Assembly (NCBI GenBank): GCA_000004985.1
Contig: GG738846.1
Reading direction: 5' to 3' (one strand)
DNA length: 64,000 nucleotides
Origin: Naegleria gruberi
Lineage: Eukaryota
Shown here in pieces: positions 1-11,089 of the stretch. Under the pieces are notes generated by a model that saw only the letters and a program-made list of their open reading frames with translations, searched no databases and was not told the origin of the DNA. How positions within the stretch are numbered: the stretch's first letter is position 1; the number at the start of each line of letters is the position of its first letter. The translations under genes were made by a program, and so were the position numbers.

Positions 1-112
1 TTGGCATCGGCATTTTTTGCTGTTCTCTAGCCTTATCTTGAGTGCTACTAACACCTGCTTCACCTTGAGGTGTTGAACTAATGTCTCCCAATTTTTGATG
101 GGAAGAGTTCAT
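1..112 (-). CDS. Possible 5' end of a gene running off the window start; hypothetical protein
   Basis: ATG at 112..110 on the minus strand (MNSSHQKLGDISSTPQGEAGVSSTQDKAREQQKMPMP...) stays open to position 1. Too short for the ORF track. No similarity recognised. Confidence 0.2.
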   Translation of the reverse strand, partial: MNSSHQKLGDISSTPQGEAGVSSTQDKAREQQKMPMP

Positions 113-491
113 AACGTAATTTTTTTCACAAGTATTGAGTTTCGGTAATTTCGATTCCCCTTGAATATTCCTCTACAATCAGTTATTTAAATTCTTTGAA
201 TATTCAACTAGCAAATTACTGTCAAGTGAGCAATGTGTCGTATTTGAAAGCCGTACAAACTGGATAATACTTTTTTGAAGTTATTCCATCCCATTTAATA
301 TTTGGTACATTTCGAAAAGAAAAAAAGACTCTCCAACCTCAGTACTGATGTGGTACTAATGACCTGTTATTCTCTCATCAAAGAACAATCCCTTCACAAC
401 AATAAAGCCATTCCAGAGAGCGGTATTACAAAAGATTACTCCAAATGAAATGAACAGGCGGTTCTCCAATTCTCTTCTACTAGCCCACATA

Positions 492-3404
492 CTATCGACG
501 TTTGTTTTTGAAAAGAGATGAACCTCCACTCGAAACTACCTTCTTTTTTGAGGAACTGTTGTTAGTTTTTGTAGAAGTTGATTTGGTGGATTGTTTAGAG
601 GAGGAGGATGCCTTTTCTAATTTCTTTTGAGCTTCCTGTTTCCTCTTTTCTTCCTTTTCAATTAGAAAGATCTGCAGCTTTGAACATGTTTCACGTAAAT
701 TGTCAATTCCTAGTTGATTTTGAATATGGTCCCATATTTGTTGTTGGTGGTATGGAGTATTAAATAGTTCAAGAATGGTGGTATTTAGTTCTCTAAGTGA
801 TTTGGTCAACTTGGTGAGATAATCATCTTCTCCAATATCTTCATCTTGAACTAATTCCTTAACGTCTTGAACAATATTTCTCAAATCATCTTGGTATCGC
901 AATTCAATATCATCGATTGTGTAGAGTGGTTTGAGAGAATTCAAAAAGTCTGCATGCTTATCACATCCTTCATCGAGTATCTTTTTGAATTGATCATCTG
1001 AATAGTACTTGGATATTGTTAACAGCAAATCAAATTCTCTCACTTTGAAATCTTGAACATTTAAAGTGAATGTATAAAATGAGCATTGCTCACCAGTACT
1101 TTCGTTAATTAAATTGCAAAGCTCGCTCAACTTTTCAAATAGGAACTGATTCTTATATGTTGCTTTTAACATATTCCAATCCCTGTTTTTCAAATCATTG
1201 AGAATATAATTTTCATTAGGATAGTTTCTGAAAACATCTATCAACATTTCAATATCATGATTGGAATACCATTCAAAAACATTATGAATATTCAAATCTA
1301 TAAAATTATTCTTATAGTCGTATTCAGTCCAGGACTGTTTGATTAATGTTGAAACAGAGTAATAATCCTTATGCTTCTTCTTTTGTAAAATTGATTTTAG
1401 CTCTTTTTGTTTCAATTTGCTCATAATGTTCATGTTATAATAATCATAGTCAATTGAATTTTGATTAACATTTGAATTCACCCTGGTAGACATGGCAAGT
1501 TTTTCCTGTGTATATTTTAGCACCAAGTCCTCAATAGACTTTTGAATTAAAAATTTGTAGACATAGACTGTTTTGGTTTGTCCAATTCTATGGCAACGAT
1601 TGGTTGCTTGCTCGTCTGCATGTGGATTCCATGTAATGTCATATTCAATGACAACATTGGCCGAGATCAAGTTTAACCCAACCCCTCCAGCTTTTGTACT
1701 CAGAAGGAATACAAAGTCTTGTGAATTTTCATGTTGAAATGACTCCACAGCCTCTGTTCTTTCACTCTTAGTATTACTTCCATCAAATCTTTGATATTTG
1801 TATTCTTTTAACATTAAATAATACTCAAGAAAGTCCAAAGTTGTAGTATATTGACTGAATATTACAACCTTATTACCTTCTCCATAGTGTTTTTCCAATA
1901 AATAATCCAAAACTATTAATTTGCTACTAGAGTTGATAATTTTTGAAATTAAATGTTCTCTACAAGAAATAGTAGAAAGGAATTTCTTGTAATATCTTGT
2001 AGAATAAATAGGGTTATTGACTGAATCCTCTTCAGTCAATGTGCTGGTTGGAGCAACAGAAAATTGATCCAACAGATAAATAAATGGATGATTGGCAACC
2101 TTGATAGAATCTGAAACAAATGCCAGAGCATCATCCTTTTCGTATCTATTTCTCACATCTTCAAATGTTTCAATTTGAAGTGGTGTTGGTTCCAAAACCA
2201 AAAAATATTCCTCCTTTGGTTTGATAACACCAGCCAGAACTGATTCCTTAGTTCTCCTTAGCATGATATTTCTCATTATTTTCCCAAATCTGGTTTCGTC
2301 CTCCTGACAAATATGTCTAAATTCTTTAAAAGATCCAAACCCAGAGTCTTTCTTTAGGAATGTTATCAGTGAATAAAATTCTTTCAAATTATTTTGAAAA
2401 GGAGTACCAGTCAATAGTAAGAATGAATCGGTGCTGAGTTGACTCATTTTCTTGTATATTTTCCTCTTACTATCCGAAAGAAAATGGGCTTCATCCACCA
2501 CTACATATTTCCAAAATATTTTTGATAATAGTACTTGTTTACCGACAGTCTCTTTTGTTGTAAGGACGACATTGGGGAGTAAGTATCTGGCATTTGCTTC
2601 TTCTGAAAACATACAATATTTCTCTAAAGCTCGTTTTCTTGTTATGCCTCCGTGGTAGGTTATTATTTCAATGTGATCCAATTTCCAAGTTTTGAACTCA
2701 TTTTCCCATGTAGAGAGGACTGAGAGAGGTACAACAATTAAGAATGGTCCCTTAATTTTCTTATACTTGATTAGATAATTAATTGTAGATACAACTTGAA
2801 CTGTTTTTCCAATACCCTTTTTCGAATTAATATTTAGAAATGCTCAAATGTGGAAACATACCATATCATCTGCCAAAATTACATTATTTCTTTCAAAATA
2901 ATTTTTCAATAACCAAACAATCCCTTCTTTTTGATGTTTGTAGAGGGACAAGTTAGAACTTTCTGGATATAATTCAGAGTGAATATCAATATTCAAATCA
3001 GTCTCCTCATAAGATATTGGCTCCTTTGAAATGTACTCCTCTGCTGGATATTTGTTTTTAATTCTATCTGTGTATTGAGTTATCATTTCCTCGGTAATAC
3101 TATACTCCGACCTAGTTTGTTCATTATTCATTAATTCCACAATCTTGTTCGATTTTGTGAAAATTGTGATGCATCTATTTTCTATTTTCAATATTGTGTC
3201 CACTAATTTACTTTTATCAATGGTTGAATCTTCATTTTCTTCACCAACCATTTCTTCTTGCATTAATTCCTCATCACTTTCTTCGTCATCTGATTGAACC
3301 TTTCTTCGTTTCGTGCTGTCTTCCGAATCCGAATCTGTTTGATTTAACTCTTCGGGTGGGAGCATTAAACTGTCATTGCCGAGAGAATTTGCTTTTCGTT
3401 TCAT
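492..3404 (-). CDS. SNF2-family chromatin-remodelling ATPase (DEAH helicase), about 956 aa, 2 exons
   Basis: Exon 1 is 3404..2862 (ATG in AAAAAAATG context) and ends ...ILADDM; intron 2861..2817 (GTATGT..AAAAAG, 45 nt); exon 2 is 2816..492 and begins GIGKTVQ. The join restores SNF2 motif I (ILADDM-GIGKT). Other motifs: DEAH motif II (VVDEAH), motif III LLTGTPFQNNLKEFYSLITFL, and helicase-C motifs (LSTKAGGVGLNL, HRIGQTK). The C-terminal 350 aa with DYxY-rich segments suggests a SANT/SLIDE-like tail. Subfamily not resolved. Confidence 0.85.
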
Positions 3405-3644
3405 TTTTTTTGAAAATTTGGCGCCAGTTTGGTTCTAATTTTTGCTTGACTCTGTTAAAATAACACTAGTTGACCTTTTATTGGTCTTATTGTTAATTCA
3501 GTGAAATTATTCAGCTTTAACTATTCAAATTGCTCTGAGTATTTTTAGTATTCCAAGATCTTGGAATTGACAATCATAGGAATTATCTTCTCACCAGTGG
3601 AACAAAAATTCATCATGTTCCTGTTTCGTTCATCAAATAATCTT

Positions 3645-4121
3645 CTACAATTCATCATCATCAATTAAATTTTCATCATCATCAACCCAAAAGTCTTCAT
3701 CATCTTCTTCATCTCCTTCATCATTTTCCTCTTCATCGGAAGCTGCTCCTCTTGTACGTTCTCTGAGTTGGAGGAATCTCTTCTCCTCCAGTGAACCTAG
3801 TAGAGTGGTTTGATTCTTCTTGGTTGGGAATGAAGAAGGAGAACATTGTTGTGTTTTAAAATCCAAGCCAGCATATTTGCGTAATTGATTGTATTTTAAT
3901 CGGTAAATGCTTTCACCTGTTGAGAGTGATACAAGTTGGAGATTGGAGTTTGAACTGATACTCCTTTTAATTTCATTCTTTAATATTGTGGTTTCATAAG
4001 ATGCTGGAATTCTTGTAGAGAAGGCTGGTGGACAGGATGTATCGTCAATGGTTGCAGTCAAATTTTGGCTCATCGGATCATTTAATGATGAAATAAAATC
4101 GTCTTCTTCGTCTCTTATCAT
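3645..4121 (-). CDS. Hypothetical acidic protein, 158 aa
   Basis: Single ORF with ATG at 4121..4119 in ATTAAAAAATG context. C-terminus is very acidic (DEEENDEGDEEDDEDFWVDDDENLIDDDEL). No recognisable domain. Confidence 0.4.
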   Translation of the reverse strand: MIRDEEDDFISSLNDPMSQNLTATIDDTSCPPAFSTRIPASYETTILKNEIKRSISSNSNLQLVSLSTGESIYRLKYNQLRKYAGLDFKTQQCSPSSFPTKKNQTTLLGSLEEKRFLQLRERTRGAASDEEENDEGDEEDDEDFWVDDDENLIDDDEL

Positions 4122-4201
4122 TTTTTAATAATAAAAAAATTAAATCTATTCATAATTTATTAACAGAATTAAATAAATTAAATAATATTTATAATTACAA
4201 T

Positions 4202-6546
4202 TTACAATTTTGGTCTTGGTGGAGTATTTCTTTCAATGAATTTGGCAGCTGGTCTGTCAGGGTAGAAACGTTCATTATTTTCAGCCATTGAGAGTAAGAG
4301 CTTACTTGGCTTGAATCTGACACTACCATTTGATGAACCATATAAATCTGAAAGTTCTTTCAATCTCTTGACAATCCATTTAGCTCCCTTAGAGTCAGCA
4401 TATTGAAGTAGACCACCTCTGAATGGTGCAAAACCAGTGCCAAAGATCATACCCATATCAATATCTTGAGCTGTTTCAGCAACTCCTTCCTCTAAAATAA
4501 GACATGCTTCATTGACCATAAGCAATACACAACGATCAATGATTTCTTCTGGTGGGAATTTACGACGAAGCTTTGGATCATAACCTGGGAAGACTTGCAA
4601 AACATCAGGATTGATATCTCCCTTCTTTACCTTTTCAGCATGTTCTCCATAAAGGAAGATACCCTTTCCAACCTTCTTACCTAATAATTTAGCATCGACC
4701 AATTTCTTCAAATCAAAGAGAGAATTACCACTTGTTTCAGTAAATCTTTGACCAAGAACTCTCAGAGTTTCTCCAGAGTGATAAGCAACATCAGTACCAA
4801 CTTCATCCAATAATCTGAATGGACCCATTGGCATACCAAATTGCTCAACCATTACCTTATCAATTTGTTGAATTTCACCACCATCATTAATCAAACGACC
4901 TGCTTCAGTCATATAGATACCCAAAATTCTATTTACAATAAATCCAGGACCATCATGACATACAATTGGAATCTTACCCAAGTCGAGTGCCAATTTGTAA
5001 ATGGTTGCAACAGTTTCATCTGAAGTTTGCTTTCCACGAATAATTTCTACGAGTGGCATCTTGTGAACTGGATTGAAAAAGTGCATACCAACAACCAAAT
5101 CTGGATGTTTAGAAACTGTAGCCAATTCATTGATAGAAAGGGTAGAAGTATTGGTAGCAAAAATAACATTTCCAGAACTGGCAAAAGATTTTTCACATTC
5201 CAATAAAATCTTCTTCTTGAGATCCATGTTTTCTACGGCAGCCTCAATGACAACTTGAATACTGGAAGAGTTGTCAGATTTTGGATATTCAGTACCTCCA
5301 GAAACAAGCTTGATTCTGAAAAGAGCTTCCTCTCTTGACATTCTTCCCTTCTTTACATAGTCGTCCATGAAAATTCTCTCAACAATATTCATTCCATTCT
5401 TTACAAATTCAGGTTTGATATCCTTCATAAATATTGGATAATTTTTGTGTGCAAAAAGTTGGGCGATACCACTACCCATAACACCAGCACCAATCACAGC
5501 AACAGATGGAGCAACAGTTCCTGCCTTCTTGGCAGATGTTGGATCATAGGTTACCTTTGTGACTTGTTTCAATTTGTTCAATTTTCCAAATCTCTTCTTC
5601 CAATTCTTGGCATTTTCACGCATAAAGAAGACTGACATTAAATTCTTTGATTCAGCAGTAACTGCCATCTTGCCAAATAATTGTCTTTCCATAAGTAATG
5701 CTCTTCCATTAGACATACCAGATTTAGTGGAATTATAAACAGATTGCAAAGCAGAGTATGGAGCTGGATATTTGCCACGAGTTGTCTTGTCAAGATTTGA
5801 AAGAGCCATTTGAGCAACAAATTTACGTCCAATGAAATTACCTTCCAACAACTTGTCTTGAATTGTTTTTGGAACATATTTAGCAACTGATGGTTGTTTG
5901 TCAACTGTTTTTGCTCCAGCAAAATTTCTACAAGCTGAAAGGAATCTAAATTCATTTTCAATTCTATCTTGATATGGAATAATGACATCCACAATATTTG
6001 CCTTTTTAGCACGAGTAGCTGAGAGAGTCTTTCCAGGTAAAATCAATTCCAAACTCTTTTGTAAACCAACCAATTTACTCATACGAACTGTACCACCAGC
6101 ACCTGGAATCACTCCTAGCATGACTTCAGGCAAACCAACAGTTGTACTCTTATGATCACTGGCTAATCTGTGAGTTGTGGCAAGACATAGTTCAAATCCA
6201 CCACCAAGTGCAGGTCCATGAATGCAACTCAATGTTGGTACTCCAAGACTGGCCAATTTATCCATAGCATCTTGACCATACTTGGCTGCTTTTTCTGCAG
6301 ATTTCTCATCCAAGTTTGGATACATCATATTAATATCGGCTCCTACACAGAAACTATTATTCTTTGCTGATGTGATCAAGAGTGACTTGATTTTCTTTGT
6401 TTTAATACGAGCATCAATAACTTCCAAAATTGATTTGATATCGGAAATGAATTGTCCATCAATAACATTGACTCCAACCAATTCACCTTTAGTAGTTTTT
6501 AATGTTTCCAATATTTCATTCTCACTTTTAATTGTTTTTTCATTTT
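4202..6546 (-). CDS. Fatty-acid beta-oxidation multifunctional enzyme, FadB/HADHA/MFE-1 type (enoyl-CoA hydratase plus 3-hydroxyacyl-CoA dehydrogenase); main exon
   Basis: N-terminal crotonase fold (FCVGADI, GPALGGGFELCLA, GLPEV.LG..PG.GG). Central Rossmann fold VAVIGAGVMGSGIAQ and the HFFNPV signature of 3-hydroxyacyl-CoA dehydrogenase. C-terminus ends -PKL (possible weak PTS1). The track ORF begins with TTG at 6511 and there is no in-frame ATG before the crotonase motif (in-frame TGA at 6559..6557), so an upstream exon is required. A phase-1 acceptor exists at 6547/6546 (TTATTAG|AA). Confidence 0.85.
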
Positions 6547-6616
6547 CTAATAATATTCAATTATTATTAATTGAACAAATTAAAATTAAATTAATTTGTT
6601 AGTTGACAAAAGACGA

Positions 6617-6886
6617 TCAATTACTTAGTAATGAATCAGTGGAAATAAACTTACTAGCATCACCAACTTTTAAAAACTTTTGATTCAGTACAAGCCATCC
6701 CAATGTATCAGAATCAACAAATAAATCAAAACACAAGTTTGTATAATATTCAGTTATTCTTCCACTCTCGGAAAGTAAATACTTTTCTGTTGGTGAAGAC
6801 ACTTGTATATTCAAAGCTTGAAGAATTGGATGTTGTATATTTCTATACAGTGTTGATGAGACTGGTTCTTGTTGTCCTTGCATCAC
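6617..6886 (-). CDS. Small ORF (89 aa), probably the 5' exon of the downstream multifunctional enzyme gene rather than an independent gene
   Basis: Same strand, directly upstream of the enzyme exon. Internal GTAAGT donor at 6654..6649 leaves phase 1 (exon 6886..6655, ...FLKVGDA + A). This matches the only phase-1 acceptor at 6547 before the enzyme ORF, giving a 108-nt intron at 6547..6654. As a stand-alone protein it has no recognisable domain. Confidence 0.3.
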   Translation of the reverse strand: MMQGQQEPVSSTLYRNIQHPILQALNIQVSSPTEKYLLSESGRITEYYTNLCFDLFVDSDTLGWLVLNQKFLKVGDASKFISTDSLLSN

Positions 6887-7495
6887 TATTTTAAATAATC
6901 GGATAGGAAATGATGTTATTGTTTTTGAGTGCAGCCATCAATGATGAATAATATATTATTTGCTTAAAATTCTCCACTCTGAGCAAACCACATACCTTTT
7001 GATTCTTTTTTATGCTTGGAAATTTATTTTATGAGAGGAGAAAAACTTCAATCCGACCAAACAAATTAATTTTCCTTCCAGCTATGAACTTATCGATAGG
7101 ATTATTGTTTGAAAGCAATCGATCACAAGAAGAAAATAAAATGTAAAATGGGGTTCAATTATTATTAACTAAAAATCGCCTACATTGCATAATCAGGTAA
7201 AGAAGACCTCTTAATAATCACTGACTCGTCATACAAGTTGTTGAGTTAAATATGCGGGATAAGTTTTCATCATCAAGACATTCTCCACTATTTAACAACT
7301 CTTTGCATCTTAAAAATGCCATTTAATAAAATGCTTTTGGTTCCAAGATAAAAATGAATTTTTTCTTCTAAGAATATCGGCTGCATTATAACCTTTGATT
7401 CATGAAAATCATAAACAATAATTGATAATAATATTAATGGTCGTGAAACCTCTTAAATGTCTCCTATCACTCTACGATTCACATCAAAAAAAAAT

Positions 7496-9129
7496 ATGTT
7501 CATTCGAAATATCTTTTCCTCCAAGTCACTCTCAAAAAGTGGTAAGTGTGTGTTACTTGCAAGTTGTTGAGAATGACCCAACAACTACTTCTTGCTGATA
7601 ACTTTTCAACTGTGAATTAAATGTTATTCAATTTGAATTGATCGGAAATTTGACTTCTTCACAGCCTTGTCTGATGTGGTCGATGAAGAAATGTCGGATG
7701 ATGTTCAACCACAACAAATACCACAACCTGTTAAGAAGACTAAACCTATTGAAGATGCTCATGTTACCACTTGTTTATATTTTACAAATCAATTATTCGA
7801 TTCGTCTGATTTAATTGAAGAAACTGATTCGAAACCAATTGCAATGGGTGAAGTTTACTATTGTACAGATCAATATCCGGAAGATAAATTATCATACAAG
7901 GAATTAGATGCGAGGGATATTTTCGTCCAAAAATTGAAATATTTAAAATGTGAAAAGAAGAATCCAAGACAATTAGAAACTATTGCACAAGATTGTGTTT
8001 TAAAAGAACGTTTTAAACGTAGATTTTTATATAGAAATAGAGGTTTATCTGATACTCAATCCAAAGGTGATTGTGTTTTGAGTATTGGTATTGGTGTTGT
8101 TGCTGTTAATGATCATTTTCAACATCGAGTTTTGGAAAAATATCCAAATGAGGAAAATGGTCCATTCTTTCAATTAGTTCCTGTTGTGGGCAATAGATAT
8201 TTTGCATGGAATGATTCATCCATTATTAGTATGTATTTATTATTTTTAATAATGTTATATTTATTATTAATTTTATTTTATCATTTATTTAATAATAATG
8301 GATAAATATAGCTGTTGGACATAAGGTTAAGGCAGAAGTAACGACATTGGTTGATTTGGTAAAATTAGTCAACCAAGAACAAGTTGAGAAAATATTTAAT
8401 GATGTTGCAGAGGAGTGTTGTTATTGGAATTTGGAAAAATTATTTTGTTTTGATACCAATAATTCTTATCACTGTATGTTTCAAAGATATATTTCAAAGA
8501 TATTTATTAATCAAAATTATTTTCATACTAAATTTAATGCAGTTTTGAAAATTTTCCTTTCAAGAATATTATTATCAATTTCTCAACTTGCCAACACAAA
8601 TGATGAGCAGAGAATTATTTCCAAAAAATCCATTGATGAAATTATTGAAACCAAACTAACATACAGTATCAAGACATATGTCAGAGAATTTGTAGAACCG
8701 AGAGGTTTCTCCAGGGCAATTATTCCCCTCTCGCATAAGGTCAAACCATTTGCTCCTGATTTGTTGAATCAATTTGGATCTGATTATAAACCACTCGTTC
8801 AACAACAGGGTGCCAATACACTCACATTACCAATTTTATTCACCTCAGAGGAACAGTTATGCATTTATAAAAAGATTGTGGAAAGTAACATGTCAACCTA
8901 TTTCATGAGTGATGGAATTCAAGAGTTTCGTTTCTGGAATGTAAGTTTAACAATGACTTGTTATTTCCTTACGATATCATGTTAATATTATGCTTAAAAC
9001 AATTAGTGTTTGAGGAGAAAATTTTGTGTGGACAAGAGTGCTCCAGAAAATAATGGAGTATTGCAAATCATATTGAAAGATAAGGCCTTTGACTTGTATG
9101 ATTATATCACACCAAATCCACAGAGATAG
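7496..9129 (+). CDS. Hypothetical protein with a predicted mitochondrial presequence, about 453 aa, 4 exons
   Basis: Exons 7496..7541 (AAAAAAAAATATG; MFIRNIFSSKSLSKSG-), 7665..8228, 8312..8940, 9007..9129. Introns 7542..7664 (GTAAGT..CACAG), 8229..8311 (GTATGT..TATAG), 8941..9006 (GTAAGT..AATTAG). All phases are consistent: 1362 coding nt. It joins track ORFs 7667..8305 and 8347..8985 (both open with TTG/in-frame read-through) plus a 41-codon last exon. No family recognised. Confidence 0.55.
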
Positions 9130-9133
9130 ACTT

Positions 9134-10084
9134 TTAAAACTTGATTTCCATTAGAATAGGATAGTGATTCTCTTTAGAATACAGTGGATTTTCTGTTACA
9201 AACGATAGATGTTTCTCAAATGTCCTTTCATCATACCTTTCTTCCAAATTGACAATTGCATTTGGACATTGCTCCTTGAAAATGGCAAGAAAATTGTCCA
9301 AACTTTTGCCTCTCCTTGGATTAAACATGATTACTGTTGCTCCACTCTTTTCTCCAACTCTTTTCAACAGGATTGACAAATCTCTATGGAATGATTCGAA
9401 AAACAAACAATCAGCAGCAAGAATTACATCAAATGAACCAATTTTTTCAATTTCTTTGTCGTCTTGCCATAACAATTGAGAAGAGCTCATATTGGATTTA
9501 AATTCAGTCAAATGTTGCTTGATATTATACTTTAAATTTTCAATCACTGACTCATTACCGTCAGTGAGTACAATTTCCTTAATGGATGGAAATTGTTTGG
9601 CAATCAACAAACCTCCAACTCCCACTCCACATCCAATCTCCAATACTCTCCTATTCTCAAAGAATTCACTTCCTAAATAATTTATACAATAGTGAGCAAG
9701 AATTTCCTCTGATGGCCATACACAAATATTTCCAGTATTATCAACATGATCCTTGTCAGCAATATCCAAATCTTGCATGGTTGTTTCAGTTTTTAAACGA
9801 AGATTGATGCTCAAATTATTTTCCTTCAATGAAAAACAAGCCATTCTGTATCCTTCTTGATGTTGTGGTTGATCATCTACAAAATGCTCGGAAATATAAT
9901 TTTGATCCAACCATCCATAACTTGAGACACATCTAGTAACACTCATTGCCGATTCATTGGATGATTGTTTTTTGAGGAGAAAGTTTTTCAACAATTTCCA
10001 TCTCATTGAGGCTTTTGTATTTTTATCTGGACATGTTGGAACAACCTGTGGCAACAACTGAGCTTCACTATTACTTTGAGGCAT
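9134..10084 (-). CDS. CAMKMT: Calmodulin-lysine N-methyltransferase (CaM KMT), class I SAM-dependent methyltransferase
   Basis: Recalled CaM KMT signatures are present in order: RWKLLKNFLLKKQ, NTGNICVWPSEEILAHYCINY, the SAM motif LEIGCGVGVGGLL, FDVILAADCLFF and the C-terminal HYPILMEIKF. The track ORF extends to 10318 but overlaps the Cwc24 C-terminus (10188..10318); the likely start is ATG 10084..10082 (MPQSNSEAQ...). Confidence 0.85.
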   Translation of the reverse strand: MPQSNSEAQLLPQVVPTCPDKNTKASMRWKLLKNFLLKKQSSNESAMSVTRCVSSYGWLDQNYISEHFVDDQPQHQEGYRMACFSLKENNLSINLRLKTETTMQDLDIADKDHVDNTGNICVWPSEEILAHYCINYLGSEFFENRRVLEIGCGVGVGGLLIAKQFPSIKEIVLTDGNESVIENLKYNIKQHLTEFKSNMSSSQLLWQDDKEIEKIGSFDVILAADCLFFESFHRDLSILLKRVGEKSGATVIMFNPRRGKSLDNFLAIFKEQCPNAIVNLEERYDERTFEKHLSFVTENPLYSKENHYPILMEIKF

Positions 10085-10187
10085 TTTTTGTATTTTTTCA
10101 ACAGCAAATGAACTGAGATTTTGTATGAAATTTGCACAATTTATTGAATTTTCAATTAAAGAGTGTCCTAGAGTTGCAGTTTTAATT

Positions 10188-10985
10188 TTAATTCTTCTTT
10201 TTGAGTTTGTGAGCTGTATTGAAAACTCCCTTTGTATTATTTCCACAACATTGACAATTAGGATTTTTACCAGCATTATATTTTTCCAATGCACATTTGC
10301 TACAGAAATAGTGTCCACATATCGTCACCACTGGATCATTGAAAGTCTTTTTACAAATAAAGCAAGCATGTGGCACTTGTTCCTCTCCTTCTGCTCTCAT
10401 ATCCTTGGTTGATTGAGCTTCCAATTTCTTTTTTTGTTCTTGTTCCCACTTTTTAGAATGCTCAATAGAGCTTACATGTTGTTCACGAACGTGAGCAAAT
10501 TTACAATTGTCTCCATAGCCACAAAAACCAGTCTCGTAATAGTCCTTGCATATGTCTGGTTGATAATCCATTCTACTGGTAACTCTGACACTCTTAGATA
10601 CTTTTGTAGGCCCTAGATCCTTCTTTTTCTTATTATCCAAATCATCAAATTCATTGACATTTGTTGAGGTTATTCTATCCATGTAAGTTTCGTCTTGTTT
10701 TTCTTCTCTATTGGCATTTATAATTGTTTGATGTATTCCTAGTTGTGCCTTTTTGTTTTGTTTCGTTGATACAGCAAGTATTGAATTGTTTGATTTCTCA
10801 TTCTTTCCACTATTAGTAGGTTTTAAATTATTCAATTCCACTTCCACTTCCTGAGCATGATTTGTTGCAATTTCCTCCAAAACTTGATTCATAGTACCCT
10901 CCTCATTGCCATCCTCTATTTTCTTCTTCTTCTCCGCACGTTGATTTTCAGTAGAGGCCTTGTTGGTTCTCTTTTTGATGATCAT
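10188..10985 (-). CDS. Pre-mRNA splicing factor Cwc24/RNF113-like (CCCH zinc finger plus RING finger)
   Basis: ATG 10985..10983 in AAAAAAATG context. CCCH finger CKDYYETGFCGYGDNCKFAH is followed by RING CFICKKTFNDPVVTICGHYFCSKCA. The N-terminus is K/E-rich. The architecture is typical of Cwc24/RNF113A. Confidence 0.85.
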   Translation of the reverse strand: MIIKKRTNKASTENQRAEKKKKIEDGNEEGTMNQVLEEIATNHAQEVEVELNNLKPTNSGKNEKSNNSILAVSTKQNKKAQLGIHQTIINANREEKQDETYMDRITSTNVNEFDDLDNKKKKDLGPTKVSKSVRVTSRMDYQPDICKDYYETGFCGYGDNCKFAHVREQHVSSIEHSKKWEQEQKKKLEAQSTKDMRAEGEEQVPHACFICKKTFNDPVVTICGHYFCSKCALEKYNAGKNPNCQCCGNNTKGVFNTAHKLKKKN

Positions 10986-11089
10986 TTTTTTTAATAATTC
11001 TTTTCCAATTTTTCACCACCAGGCCAAAGAGCACTACAGGTTCTATTTTTAATTTCTACTGCTTCAATTTATTCATCACTGTTTTTAAA

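Noticed and set aside
6935-6990. Possible C/D-box snoRNA (ATGATGA ... CTGA) in the 6890..7495 spacer
   Set aside because: The boxes are only about 35 nt apart, there is no terminal stem, and no guide complementarity could be assessed; it is most likely chance.
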